NCBI GenBank assembly: GCA_021851325.1
Contig: JAJZDZ010000011.1
Coordinates: 7,424-71,423 of the forward strand
DNA: 64,000 bases
Source of the DNA: Pseudomonadota bacterium
GTDB lineage: Bacteria; Pseudomonadota; Alphaproteobacteria; Micropepsales; Micropepsaceae
Direction: 5' to 3'
The notes under the pieces were generated by a model. It saw only the letters and a program-made list of their open reading frames with translations, did not search any database and had not been told where the DNA came from. Position 1 is the stretch's first letter. Each line of letters begins with the position of its first letter. Positions 37,867 through 49,673 of this stretch are shown here, in pieces. The position numbers and the translations under genes were made by a program.

Positions 37867-39330
37867 ATGTCTGCGCCAACCGCGGCGGATCCCACCGCAC
37901 TCAAACGTCATCTTGGCCCTTGGACACTGACCGCACTTGGTATTGGCGCGGTGATTGGCGGTGGCATTTTCGTCATCACCGGAACCGCGGCCGCCAGGTT
38001 TGCCGGCCCGGCCATCGTTATATCCTTCGTGATCTCCGGCATGGGCTGCCTCTTCGCCGGTTTGTGTTACGCCGAATTCGCCGCGATGTATCCGGTTGCC
38101 GGCAGCGCCTACAGCTATTCCTATGCCGCACTCGGGCGCAGCACGGCATGGTTTGTTGGTTGGAATCTTGTCCTTGAGTATCTCGTCTCCGCCTCCGCAG
38201 TTGCCGTCGGATGGTCAGGTTATTTCGTGGGCTTTCTCAAAAGCCTCGGCATCGCCCTGTCACCAGCCCTGACCGGCGCCCCGATGACGTTCTCGAGCAG
38301 TCAGGGACTTGTCCTGACGGGTGCCTTGATCAATCTTCCGGCCATTGGTCTTGTTTTGCTGCTCAGCACTTTTCTGATCGTCGGGGTGCGGGAGACGGCG
38401 CGAGCCAATGCCGTGATGGTCGCGATCAAGATCACCGTCGTGCTCCTTGTGATCCTGTTTGGCGCCGGCCACATCAATGTGCAGAACTGGCAGCCTTTTA
38501 TTCCAGCCAATACCGGAACTTTCGGTCACTACGGCTGGTCGGGAATTGTCGCCGCGGCGGGCCTCGTGTTTTTTGCCTATATCGGCTTTGATGCGGTCTC
38601 GGTTGCAGCCCAGGAGGCACGCAATCCGCAGCGGGACCTGCCGGTTGGTATCCTCGCCTCGCTGCTCGTCTGCACCGTGCTTTACATCTTGATGGCGCTC
38701 GTGCTGACCGGGCTTGCCTCTTATCGGACCCTTGATGTTGCTGATCCGGTGTCCTTCGCGGTGTCCCAGATCCCGGCCTTGCAGTGGCTCACGATTGTGG
38801 TCGAGTTCGGCGCTACCGTTGGTCTTGCCTCGGTTGCCTTTGTGGGCCTCTACGGTCAGTCACGCATCTTTTATGCAATGGCCCGGGACGGCTTCCTGCC
38901 ACCGGTTTTCTGCCGCGTGCATCCGCGGTTTCGTACCCCTGTCCTCGGCACCGTGGTGACGGGCACCATTGCTGCTCTTCTGGCCGGTCTGTTTCCCATC
39001 GAGATCCTGAGTGAACTGGTCTCAATTGGAACGCTCTGCGCCTTCAGCGTCGTCTGTGTCGGTGTGATGCTGCTGCGGGTGCGCGAACCAAACGCCCCGC
39101 GCCCATTCCGCACGCCGTTGGTCTGGGTGGTGGCGCCGGCCGGCCTCATGATCTGCCTGACTATGATGTATGGCCTGCCGGCCGCAACGTGGGCCCGGCT
39201 CGGCATTTGGACCGCCGTCGGCTTTGCCATCTATTTTGGCTATGGCGTCTTTCATGCCGCGCACCGCCCGCAGTGGCAGGCGGAGGCCAGCGCAGCCCCC
39301 CTGTCACAGGGAGCCGGACGCCGCGACTGA
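37867..39330 (+). CDS. APC-superfamily amino-acid permease (cationic amino-acid transporter-like)
   Basis: The 487-aa ORF has about 12-13 TM segments and an N-terminal signature (LGIGAVIGGGIFVITG ... YAEFAAMYPVAGSAYSYSY). Confidence 0.9.
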   Translation: MSAPTAADPTALKRHLGPWTLTALGIGAVIGGGIFVITGTAAARFAGPAIVISFVISGMGCLFAGLCYAEFAAMYPVAGSAYSYSYAALGRSTAWFVGWNLVLEYLVSASAVAVGWSGYFVGFLKSLGIALSPALTGAPMTFSSSQGLVLTGALINLPAIGLVLLLSTFLIVGVRETARANAVMVAIKITVVLLVILFGAGHINVQNWQPFIPANTGTFGHYGWSGIVAAAGLVFFAYIGFDAVSVAAQEARNPQRDLPVGILASLLVCTVLYILMALVLTGLASYRTLDVADPVSFAVSQIPALQWLTIVVEFGATVGLASVAFVGLYGQSRIFYAMARDGFLPPVFCRVHPRFRTPVLGTVVTGTIAALLAGLFPIEILSELVSIGTLCAFSVVCVGVMLLRVREPNAPRPFRTPLVWVVAPAGLMICLTMMYGLPAATWARLGIWTAVGFAIYFGYGVFHAAHRPQWQAEASAAPLSQGAGRRD

Positions 39331-39429
39331 CCCAAAACCCTCGGGCCAGACCCTGACGTGGCCCGCAGTTCAGGGGCCTAATCCTGGGATTGGCACGAGC
39401 GACCCCCACGGCGCAGAACGCGACAGGGT

Positions 39430-39449
39430 CATGCCAGGATCCTGGCATG
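39430..39449. repeat. Perfect 20-bp palindrome CATGCCAGGATCCTGGCATG (function unknown)
   Basis: I read it directly from the sequence. It is intergenic, 100 nt after the permease stop and 180 nt before the uvrA start. A second 6-bp-stem hairpin follows at 39451-39471. Confidence 0.85.
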
Positions 39450-39547
39450 GTGAAATTGATCAGCCATTTCAATGCCCGCGGCGCACCCCGAAAATCCAAA
39501 CCCGGACCCTGGCGGCGATTGCTCAACCCAGGCCGTTGCGACATAAT

Positions 39548-39562
39548 GTTCCCGATTTGTTC
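39548..39562 (+). promoter_or_regulatory. Alphaproteobacterial LexA (SOS) box GTTC-N7-GTTC upstream of uvrA
   Basis: GTTCCCGATTTGTTC lies 68 nt upstream of the uvrA ATG and is an exact match to the GTTC-N7-GTTC direct-repeat consensus. Confidence 0.65.
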
Positions 39563-39629
39563 GACGGCACGGCGCTTGTTCTCCCCGCTGGCTCCCGCCA
39601 TATAACAGGCTTTCCCCGAAAGACCGGAC

Positions 39630-42554
<2,925 letters not shown>

Positions 42555-42578
42555 GCCAGAAGGCCACGCCAGCACGCG

Positions 42579-43445
42579 TTAGCCGCGGGCGCCCGGCGCC
42601 GGTGCAAGCTTGCGATAGGCAAAGGCTGCCGGCGCAATCTGCAGCCCGATCAGGAAGGGTGCCATCACGAGATAGATACCGGTGAGTAGCGGCAGGTTGG
42701 AGCGCAGGGCCAGAAGCTGCTGGCTTCCCACCGCCATCTTGTTACCGACGTGGGCCGCACTCAGAAAATAGCTCGGCCCCAGCACCGCGGCTTCGGCAAA
42801 ACCTGCGAGCAGCGCCGCAGGCCCAAGGACCGCAATGCCAATCACCACAATGCGTCCGACATTGCCCTCACACAGCTCCCAGGAACGGACCAGACCCAGG
42901 CGGCTTTCCACCACGACCACGGGAATGAGAAGGAAGCTGAGGCGGATCACCGCATAGACGATGGCAATTGCCCCCAGCACACCGGCCGCACCAAAGACCG
43001 CCTTCATCACGGCGGCGCCTGGAACCAGGCTACGCAGCAGCTGCAGACCCTCAAACAGGCCAAGGACAAAGAGCAGGGTGATGCCGACCAGCGCCAAAAG
43101 CGAGGCGAAAACCCGCAGCTCGGTGAGCCCGAAGGCAAAATGGACCCGGGCTGGCCCCTGGCGCAGTCCCAGCGCCTGACGCATCACCGCCACATACACG
43201 ATCGACCAGATGAGCAGGCTGATCATGCGCCAGACCAGCATCACAAGGCCGGCCTGCCCCAGGGCAAAGGGATTGCCGGCGCTGAATGCTGCCGGTACGG
43301 CGCTGTAATAAAGGGCACTGACGAAATAGTCGCCAATCGCCCACAGCACCAGGGGAAGCCAGGAAAGTCCAATAATGGCGCCCAGATGGCTGAATGTGAA
43401 ATTATAGGCAAAGCCGATCGTCTCGAGGACCGGAATCTTCTTCAT
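42579..43445 (-). CDS. Hypothetical polytopic membrane protein
   Basis: From ATG 43445 (MKKIPVLETIGFAYNF...) there are about six to seven hydrophobic helices. No catalytic motif was recognised. It is divergent from the amidase array. Confidence 0.6.
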   Translation of the reverse strand: MKKIPVLETIGFAYNFTFSHLGAIIGLSWLPLVLWAIGDYFVSALYYSAVPAAFSAGNPFALGQAGLVMLVWRMISLLIWSIVYVAVMRQALGLRQGPARVHFAFGLTELRVFASLLALVGITLLFVLGLFEGLQLLRSLVPGAAVMKAVFGAAGVLGAIAIVYAVIRLSFLLIPVVVVESRLGLVRSWELCEGNVGRIVVIGIAVLGPAALLAGFAEAAVLGPSYFLSAAHVGNKMAVGSQQLLALRSNLPLLTGIYLVMAPFLIGLQIAPAAFAYRKLAPAPGARG

Positions 43446-43761
43446 GGGCGCAGCTCCACTGGGCGGCAGCGCGCCCGCAAAATGCACGACGTGAAAATGT
43501 CTAGCCGCACTCTACCGCCCTGACTAGGCCTGCGCCAATCTGACAGCGCCGCAGCCTGATCGAGGTTTGCCGTCGCCTCTGTGCACAGAAGGTCGTGGAG
43601 AGAGGGTGCCGCAGTCCGGCATCAGCAGCCCTTGAGCCAAGACCCGCGCACGACCCCAGCTGCTCTCTTGCCAACATCAAACCTGCGCTGCGGTGACAGC
43701 GTGATGACATTTTGTCAGCAGCTAGCTAAGCTGCGGGAAGCAGGCTCTTGGGGACGACATC

Positions 43762-45183
43762 ATGAAGGACTATGCCACGCACGACGGACTTGGACTTGCC
43801 AACCTCGTGCGCAACAAGGAGGTCAGTGCGAGCGAGCTGGCCGAAGAAGCAATCCGCCGCGCTGAACGGGCCCAGCCCAAGCTCAATGCCGTGGTGTTTC
43901 GCGACTACGATGCCGCCCGCACGGCCGCAAAGGCTCCCATTGCCGGCCCCTTCATGGGGGTTCCCTTTTTCCTCAAGGACATTTTCGGCCTTGCCAAAGG
44001 CATGCCGACGCGTCAGGCCAGCGGCTTCATTCCACCAGTGCCCGCCGATCACGACAGCGAACTGACGCAGCGCTTCCGCAAGGCCGGGCTTGTTCTCCTC
44101 GGCAAAACCAATGTTCCCGAATTCGGGCTCGTAGCAACCACGGAGTCAAAGCTCTACGGCCCGGCGCACAATCCCTGGAAACTTGATCATTCAACCGGTG
44201 GTTCCTCCGGTGGCTCGGCGGCCCTCGTTGCAGCCGGGGTCGTGCCTCTCGCTCATGCCAATGACGGTGGCGGCTCAATCCGCATTCCGGCTGCAGCCTG
44301 CGGTCTTGTCGGACTCAAGCCAACACGCGGACGTACCAGTTTTGCGCCGGATTTTGGTGATCCCCTGGACGGCCTTGCGGGCGACCTCGTGGTCAGCCGC
44401 TCGGTGCGTGACACCGCAGCCGTCCTCGATGCGGTGCAGGGCAATGTCCCGGGCGATCCCTACTGGGCACCACCACCTTCGGCCTCTTATCTGAACGCCA
44501 TCGAGCGGCCACCCGCGGCCCTGCGGATCGCCATTGCCACCACCACCCTCGACGGCCAGCCGCTTCATCCGGACTGCGCAGCGGCGGTCAGAAATGCTGC
44601 AAAACTGCTCGAGGGCCTCGGCCACCACGTCGCGGAAGCCGCGCCCAAACTCGACCAGGCAAACCTCGTCCCCGGCTTCATGGCCTATTGGTGCGCCCAT
44701 CTTGCGCTTGGGATCGAGGCCATTGCCCAGATGACCGGCCAGAGCCCCAGCCGCGACAGGTTCGAAGGCATGACCTGGGGCCTCTACCAGGCGGGCAAAG
44801 CGGTCAGCGCCGTACAATATCTCATGGCCAAGAGCGCCCTGCAGATGGCCTCGCGCGAAGCCGCGGCCTTCCATCAGACCTATGACGTCTGGCTCACCCC
44901 CGTGCTCGGGCGCCCACCGGTGCCTCTGGGCAGCTTCAACTTCGAGGAAACCGATCCGGTCAAGGCCTTCGCCCCCATGGTCGATTATGTTCCGTTCACG
45001 GCGATGCAGAACGCCACCGGCCAGCCCGCGATCAATGTGCCGCTCTACTGGAACGCGGACGGGCTTCCGATCGGCACCCAGTTTGTTGGTCGCTATGGCG
45101 AGGAGGAACTCCTGCTGCGGCTGGCCCGTCAGCTTGAGCAGGCGCAACCCTGGGCGCAGCGCTACCGCGCCATCGAGCTCTGA
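43762..45183 (+). CDS. Amidase-signature family amidase, copy 1
   Basis: The 473-aa ORF has catalytic Lys ([10 protein letters not shown]), the Gly/Ser-rich signature GGSSGGSAA and the nucleophile region [10 protein letters not shown]. Confidence 0.9.
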   Translation: MKDYATHDGLGLANLVRNKEVSASELAEEAIRRAERAQPKLNAVVFRDYDAARTAAKAPIAGPFMGVPFFLKDIFGLAKGMPTRQASGFIPPVPADHDSELTQRFRKAGLVLLGKTNVPEFGLVATTESKLYGPAHNPWKLDHSTGGSSGGSAALVAAGVVPLAHANDGGGSIRIPAAACGLVGLKPTRGRTSFAPDFGDPLDGLAGDLVVSRSVRDTAAVLDAVQGNVPGDPYWAPPPSASYLNAIERPPAALRIAIATTTLDGQPLHPDCAAAVRNAAKLLEGLGHHVAEAAPKLDQANLVPGFMAYWCAHLALGIEAIAQMTGQSPSRDRFEGMTWGLYQAGKAVSAVQYLMAKSALQMASREAAAFHQTYDVWLTPVLGRPPVPLGSFNFEETDPVKAFAPMVDYVPFTAMQNATGQPAINVPLYWNADGLPIGTQFVGRYGEEELLLRLARQLEQAQPWAQRYRAIEL

Positions 45184-46637
45184 CATGAGCTTTACCGAAT
45201 ATCCCGCGCACGACGGACTTGGACTTGCCAACCTCGTGCGCAACAAGGAGGTCAGTGCAAGCGAACTGGTCGAAGAAGCAATCCGCCGCGCGGAACGGGC
45301 CCAGCCCAAGCTCAATGCCGTGGTGTTTCGCGACTACGATGCCGCCCGCACGGCCGCAAAGGCTCCCATTGCCGGCCCCTTCATGGGGGTTCCCTTTTTC
45401 CTCAAGGACATTTTCGGCCTTGCCAAAGGCATGCCGACGCGTCAGGCCAGCGGCTTCATTCCACCAGTGCCCGCCGATCACGACAGCGAACTGACGCAGC
45501 GCTTCCGCAAGGCCGGGCTTGTTCTCCTCGGCAAAACCAATGTTCCCGAATTCGGGCTCGTAGCAACCACGGAGTCAAAGCTCTACGGCCCGGCGCACAA
45601 TCCCTGGAAACTTGATCATTCAACCGGTGGTTCCTCCGGTGGCTCGGCGGCCCTCGTTGCAGCCGGGGTCGTGCCTCTCGCTCATGCCAATGACGGTGGC
45701 GGCTCAATCCGCATTCCGGCTGCAGCCTGCGGTCTTGTCGGACTCAAGCCAACACGCGGACGTACCAGTTTTGCGCCGGATTTTGGTGATCCCCTGGACG
45801 GCCTTGCGGGCGACCTCGTGGTCAGCCGCTCGGTGCGTGACACCGCAGCCGTCCTCGATGCGGTGCAGGGCAATGTCCCGGGCGATCCCTACTGGGCACC
45901 ACCACCTTCGGCCTCTTATCTGAACGCCATCGAGCGGCCACCCGCGGCCCTGCGGATCGCCATTGCCACCACCACCCTCGACGGCCAGCCGCTTCATCCG
46001 GACTGCGCAGCGGCGGTCAGAAATGCTGCAAAACTGCTCGAGGGCCTCGGCCACCACGTCGCGGAAGCCGCGCCCAAACTCGACCAGGCAAACCTCGTCC
46101 CCGGCTTCATGGCCTATTGGTGCGCCCATCTTGCGCTTGGGATCGAGGCCATTGCCCAGATGACCGGCCAGAGCCCCAGCCGCGACAGGTTCGAAGGCAT
46201 GACCTGGGGCCTCTACCAGGCGGGCAAAGCGGTCAGCGCCGTACAATATCTCATGGCCAAGAGCGCCCTGCAGATGGCCTCGCGCGAAGCCGCAGCCTTC
46301 CATCAGACCTATGACGTCTGGCTCACCCCCGTGCTCGGGCGCCCACCAGTGCCTCTGGGCAGCTTCAACTTCGAGGAAACCGATCCGGTCAAGGCCTTCG
46401 CCCCCATGGTCGATTATGTTCCGTTCACGGCGATGCAGAACGCCACCGGCCAGCCCGCGATCAATGTGCCGCTCCACTGGAATGCGGACGGGCTTCCGAT
46501 CGGCACCCAGTTTGTCGGTCGCTATGGCGAGGAGGAACTCCTCCTGCGGCTGGCCCGTCAGCTTGAGCAGGCGCAACCCTGGGCGCAGCGCTACCGCGCC
46601 ATCGAGCTCTGACATGAGCTTTACCGAATATCCGACG
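43780..46637 (+). repeat. Tandem direct duplication, two units of 1,429 bp
   Basis: CACGACGGACTTGGACTTGCC occurs at 43780 and 45209. TGACATGAGCTTTACCGAATATCC occurs at 45181 and 46610. I counted about 10 substitutions by eye, all near the unit ends. Confidence 0.9.
45185..46612 (+). CDS. Amidase-signature family amidase, copy 2 (near-identical to copy 1)
   Basis: ATG 45185 lies 1 nt after the copy-1 stop. The protein matches copy 1 except for the first ~8 residues and two substitutions (A->V, Y->H). The longer ORF-track version (from 44882) overlaps copy 1 and is rejected. Confidence 0.9.
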   Translation: MSFTEYPAHDGLGLANLVRNKEVSASELVEEAIRRAERAQPKLNAVVFRDYDAARTAAKAPIAGPFMGVPFFLKDIFGLAKGMPTRQASGFIPPVPADHDSELTQRFRKAGLVLLGKTNVPEFGLVATTESKLYGPAHNPWKLDHSTGGSSGGSAALVAAGVVPLAHANDGGGSIRIPAAACGLVGLKPTRGRTSFAPDFGDPLDGLAGDLVVSRSVRDTAAVLDAVQGNVPGDPYWAPPPSASYLNAIERPPAALRIAIATTTLDGQPLHPDCAAAVRNAAKLLEGLGHHVAEAAPKLDQANLVPGFMAYWCAHLALGIEAIAQMTGQSPSRDRFEGMTWGLYQAGKAVSAVQYLMAKSALQMASREAAAFHQTYDVWLTPVLGRPPVPLGSFNFEETDPVKAFAPMVDYVPFTAMQNATGQPAINVPLHWNADGLPIGTQFVGRYGEEELLLRLARQLEQAQPWAQRYRAIEL

Positions 46638-48035
46638 CTTGACGGACTGGCCCTGGCCGCACTCATCGCCCGCAAGGAAGTCAGCGCCGCCGAAGTCATC
46701 GCGAGCGCCATAGCGCGCGCCGAAGCCCTCAACCCCAAACTGAACGCCATCGTCTTTGCCGACTACGAGGCCGCCCGCAGGCAGGCGGCGGCGGCGCAGC
46801 CCGGTCCATTTCATGGCGTTCCCACCTTGCTTAAGGACATGAGTGCTGGCGCCCTCGGCATGCCCACGCGTCTTGGCTCGGCGATGACACCGGCCCGTCC
46901 TGCAGATCACGATTCGGTGGTGGTCGCCCGCCTGCGCGCGGCCGGCATTGTGCCCCTGGGAAAGACCAACGTGCCGGAGTTCGGCATTCTGCCGACAACC
47001 GAATCCAAACTCTATGGACCGGCCCGCAATCCCTGGAACCTCGCGCATTCAACCGGTGGCTCATCGGGCGGCTCAGCCGCTGCCGTGGCCGCGGGCATCG
47101 TCCCCTTTGCCCATGCCACCGATGGCGGTGGCTCGATCCGCATCCCCGCCTCGTGCAATGGTCTTGTCGGCCTCAAGGTCAGTCGCGGACGCGTGCCGCA
47201 AGGCCCCGATGGCACCGATCGCATGCTCGGACTTTCGGTCGATCACGTGGTGAGCCGGACGGTGCGCGACAGCGCCGCCCTGCTCGATCTTTTTGCTGTC
47301 CCCGATTTTGGTGATCCCTATTTTGCGCTGCCAGCAACCGCATCCTATCTTGCGGCGCTGAACGAACGCCCCCGACGCCTGCGCATCGGCATGACCTGCC
47401 GTCTGCCCGACGGCCGCCCTCTCAACAGCGACGTCGAAGCCGCCATCCGCCATGCCGCCAAACTGTGTGAGGAGCTTGGCCATCACGTGGAAGAGGCCTC
47501 TCCCATTCTCGATCACGAGCTCATGGTCAAAGCCTTCATGACACTGTGGGCCGCGGGCACCGCTTTTGGTGTCGAGGGTCTGGCGCGTGCCACCGGACAA
47601 ACCCCGTCCACGGAAATCCTCGAAGGGCTGACATTTGCGCTCTATCAGCGCGGCCTTCGCATCAGCGCAGTTGAACAGAGCTGGGCCCAGCAGAGTCTCT
47701 ACATGAGCGCCCGCAGTACCGCACGCTTTCACGAAACCTATGATCTGTGGCTGAGCCCGGTGCTCTCCGCTCCGCCGATCAAACTTGGCATCATCGATGT
47801 GGATGAGCAGGACTTAGAGAAAGCCTTTGCCCCCATCATCGACTACGCGCCCTTCACCGCCGCCGTGAACGGGACCGGCCAGCCAGCCATCGCCCTGCCA
47901 CTGCACTGGAGCAAGGACGGACTTCCGGTCGGCGTGCAATTTGTGGCCCGCCACAGCGCCGAAATGCTGCTCCTGCAGTTTGCAGCTGAGCTCGAAGAGG
48001 CCGTAGGCTGGTCAGCACGACGACCTGCCCTCTGA
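46614..48035 (+). CDS. Amidase-signature family amidase, copy 3 (diverged paralog)
   Basis: ATG 46614 lies 1 nt after the copy-2 stop. The motifs [19 protein letters not shown] and [10 protein letters not shown] are retained. By eye it is roughly 55-65 percent identical to copies 1 and 2. Confidence 0.9.
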   Translation: MSFTEYPTLDGLALAALIARKEVSAAEVIASAIARAEALNPKLNAIVFADYEAARRQAAAAQPGPFHGVPTLLKDMSAGALGMPTRLGSAMTPARPADHDSVVVARLRAAGIVPLGKTNVPEFGILPTTESKLYGPARNPWNLAHSTGGSSGGSAAAVAAGIVPFAHATDGGGSIRIPASCNGLVGLKVSRGRVPQGPDGTDRMLGLSVDHVVSRTVRDSAALLDLFAVPDFGDPYFALPATASYLAALNERPRRLRIGMTCRLPDGRPLNSDVEAAIRHAAKLCEELGHHVEEASPILDHELMVKAFMTLWAAGTAFGVEGLARATGQTPSTEILEGLTFALYQRGLRISAVEQSWAQQSLYMSARSTARFHETYDLWLSPVLSAPPIKLGIIDVDEQDLEKAFAPIIDYAPFTAAVNGTGQPAIALPLHWSKDGLPVGVQFVARHSAEMLLLQFAAELEEAVGWSARRPAL

Positions 48036-48054
48036 ACCACAAGGGATCCTCACC

Positions 48055-49488
48055 ATGGCTTTTGCAGAGTATGCCCGCTACGACGCCACCGGCCTTGCCC
48101 ATCTCGTGCGCAAGGGTGACGTCAGTCCGCGCGAACTGGTCGACGAAGCCATCAGCCGCATCGAGCGTCACAACCCCACGCTCAATGCCGTCGTCTACAA
48201 AGCCTATGACGAGGCCCGCGCCGCCGCCAGCGACGCCTTGCCCGACGGCCCCTTCAAGGGTGTCCCCTTTCTGATCAAGGACATCAATGTGCCGGTGAAG
48301 AATTGGCCGATGAGCAACGGCTCGGCCTATCTCAAAGGTTATGTCAGCGACAGCGATTGTGAGCTTACCCTTCGCTATCGCCGCAGCGGTGTGATCCTTC
48401 TGGGCAAGACCAATACCCCAGAGTTCGGCATCCCCGGGACCACCGAGGGACGCTTTCTCGGCATCTGCCGCAATCCCTGGAACCCTGAGCACTCATCCGG
48501 CGGCTCCTCCGGCGGCGCCGCGGCAGCGGTGGCGAGCGCCATGGTACCGATGGCCCATGGGTCCGACGGGCTCGGCTCCATCCGCATTCCCGCAGCGCAA
48601 TGCGGCCTGGTCGGTCTGAAGCCAACCCAGGGACGCAATCCCGGTGGACCTGATGATGGTGGCCGCGCCCATGGCTTCATCGTCGATCATGTTCTGACCC
48701 GCAGCGTGCGCGACAGCGCGGCGATGCTCGATGCCACTGCCGATCCTGAGGATGACGCCCCCTATGCGCCCTTGCACAAGGAACGCCCCTTTGTCGAGGA
48801 GCTCTCGCGACCGGCCGGCAGGCTGCGAATTGCCTTTACGATGGAAGTCCCGCGCGAAACCCAGCCCCATCCCGAGGTCGCGCGCGTTTTCGCACAGACC
48901 GTCAAGCTGCTCGGTGAACTGGGTCACACCATGATCGAGCGTCCAAGCCTCGGTATCGACTGGCGCACGCTCTATCGCGCCCAGTCCTGCGTATCGGGGG
49001 CCATGTTTGCAGCCTCGGTCGCGCAGTGGGCGCAAATCCTGGGACGGCCCCCACGCGATGAGGACTTCGAACCCCTGGCACGGGCGTCCTGGCACGGCAG
49101 TCAGAGGCTTACCAGTGAGCAGATCGGCTGGGGCTTTCAGACCTTGCGGCGCATGACCCGCGAGCTGCTGCGCCAATGGCGGGACTTTGATATCCTTTTG
49201 TCACCTACCACTTTGACGCCACCACCGCAGATCGGCCACCTCGATCCGGTCGGCGTCGAGCCGCGCGAGTTCCATCGCCGGCAGAGCTTTGTCTTTGGTT
49301 ATACCCCGCCGGCCAACATGACCGGCCAGCCTTCGCTGTCGCTGCCTCTCGGGATGTCGGACGTGGGTCTTCCCATCGGCATGATGTTCACGGCCCGCTT
49401 TGGCGATGAAGCAACGCTCCTTCGCCTTGGTCGTCAGCTGGAAGAAGCCGCGCCCTGGGACGGCCGTCACGCCAGGCTGTGGGATTGA
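48055..49488 (+). CDS. Amidase-signature family amidase, copy 4 (most diverged paralog)
   Basis: The 477-aa ORF has LGKTNTPEFG, GGSSGGAAA and [11 protein letters not shown]. An AAGGGA RBS lies in the 19-nt spacer. Confidence 0.9.
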   Translation: MAFAEYARYDATGLAHLVRKGDVSPRELVDEAISRIERHNPTLNAVVYKAYDEARAAASDALPDGPFKGVPFLIKDINVPVKNWPMSNGSAYLKGYVSDSDCELTLRYRRSGVILLGKTNTPEFGIPGTTEGRFLGICRNPWNPEHSSGGSSGGAAAAVASAMVPMAHGSDGLGSIRIPAAQCGLVGLKPTQGRNPGGPDDGGRAHGFIVDHVLTRSVRDSAAMLDATADPEDDAPYAPLHKERPFVEELSRPAGRLRIAFTMEVPRETQPHPEVARVFAQTVKLLGELGHTMIERPSLGIDWRTLYRAQSCVSGAMFAASVAQWAQILGRPPRDEDFEPLARASWHGSQRLTSEQIGWGFQTLRRMTRELLRQWRDFDILLSPTTLTPPPQIGHLDPVGVEPREFHRRQSFVFGYTPPANMTGQPSLSLPLGMSDVGLPIGMMFTARFGDEATLLRLGRQLEEAAPWDGRHARLWD

Positions 49489-49673
49489 GAACCGCGCGGA
49501 CGCGACGCGGGAACACGCTTGCCTTCGCCTTGCGCAGACAGCGTGTAGACCAGAGGCAGAGGCCATAGCAGGGCCGCAGGTAAAGGCTGCAGGAGCAGCC
49601 CCGCCCTTGCGCCCTCAACCGCACCCATTTAAGCCTGCGTCCCTTATTTTCTCGTCGTCAGGGAAGCTTCAGC

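Noticed and set aside
26633-39629. I looked for mobile-element hallmarks around the ssb-uvrA insert: integrase, transposase, tRNA target, flanking direct repeats.
   Set aside because: None were found by eye, so I do not call a genomic island or mobile element. I report only a synteny-breaking accessory patch.
44882-45184. The long 5-prime extensions of amidase copies 2 and 3 in the ORF track, starting at 44882 and 46311.
   Set aside because: The extensions run out of frame through the preceding amidase genes. The conserved amidase N-termini begin at ATG 45185 and ATG 46614, 1 nt after the upstream stops.
44275-46750. Two long minus-strand ORFs of 346 aa and 348 aa that are nearly identical to each other.
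   Set aside because: They are antisense shadows of amidase copies 1 and 2. Their similarity simply reflects the 1,429-bp duplication.
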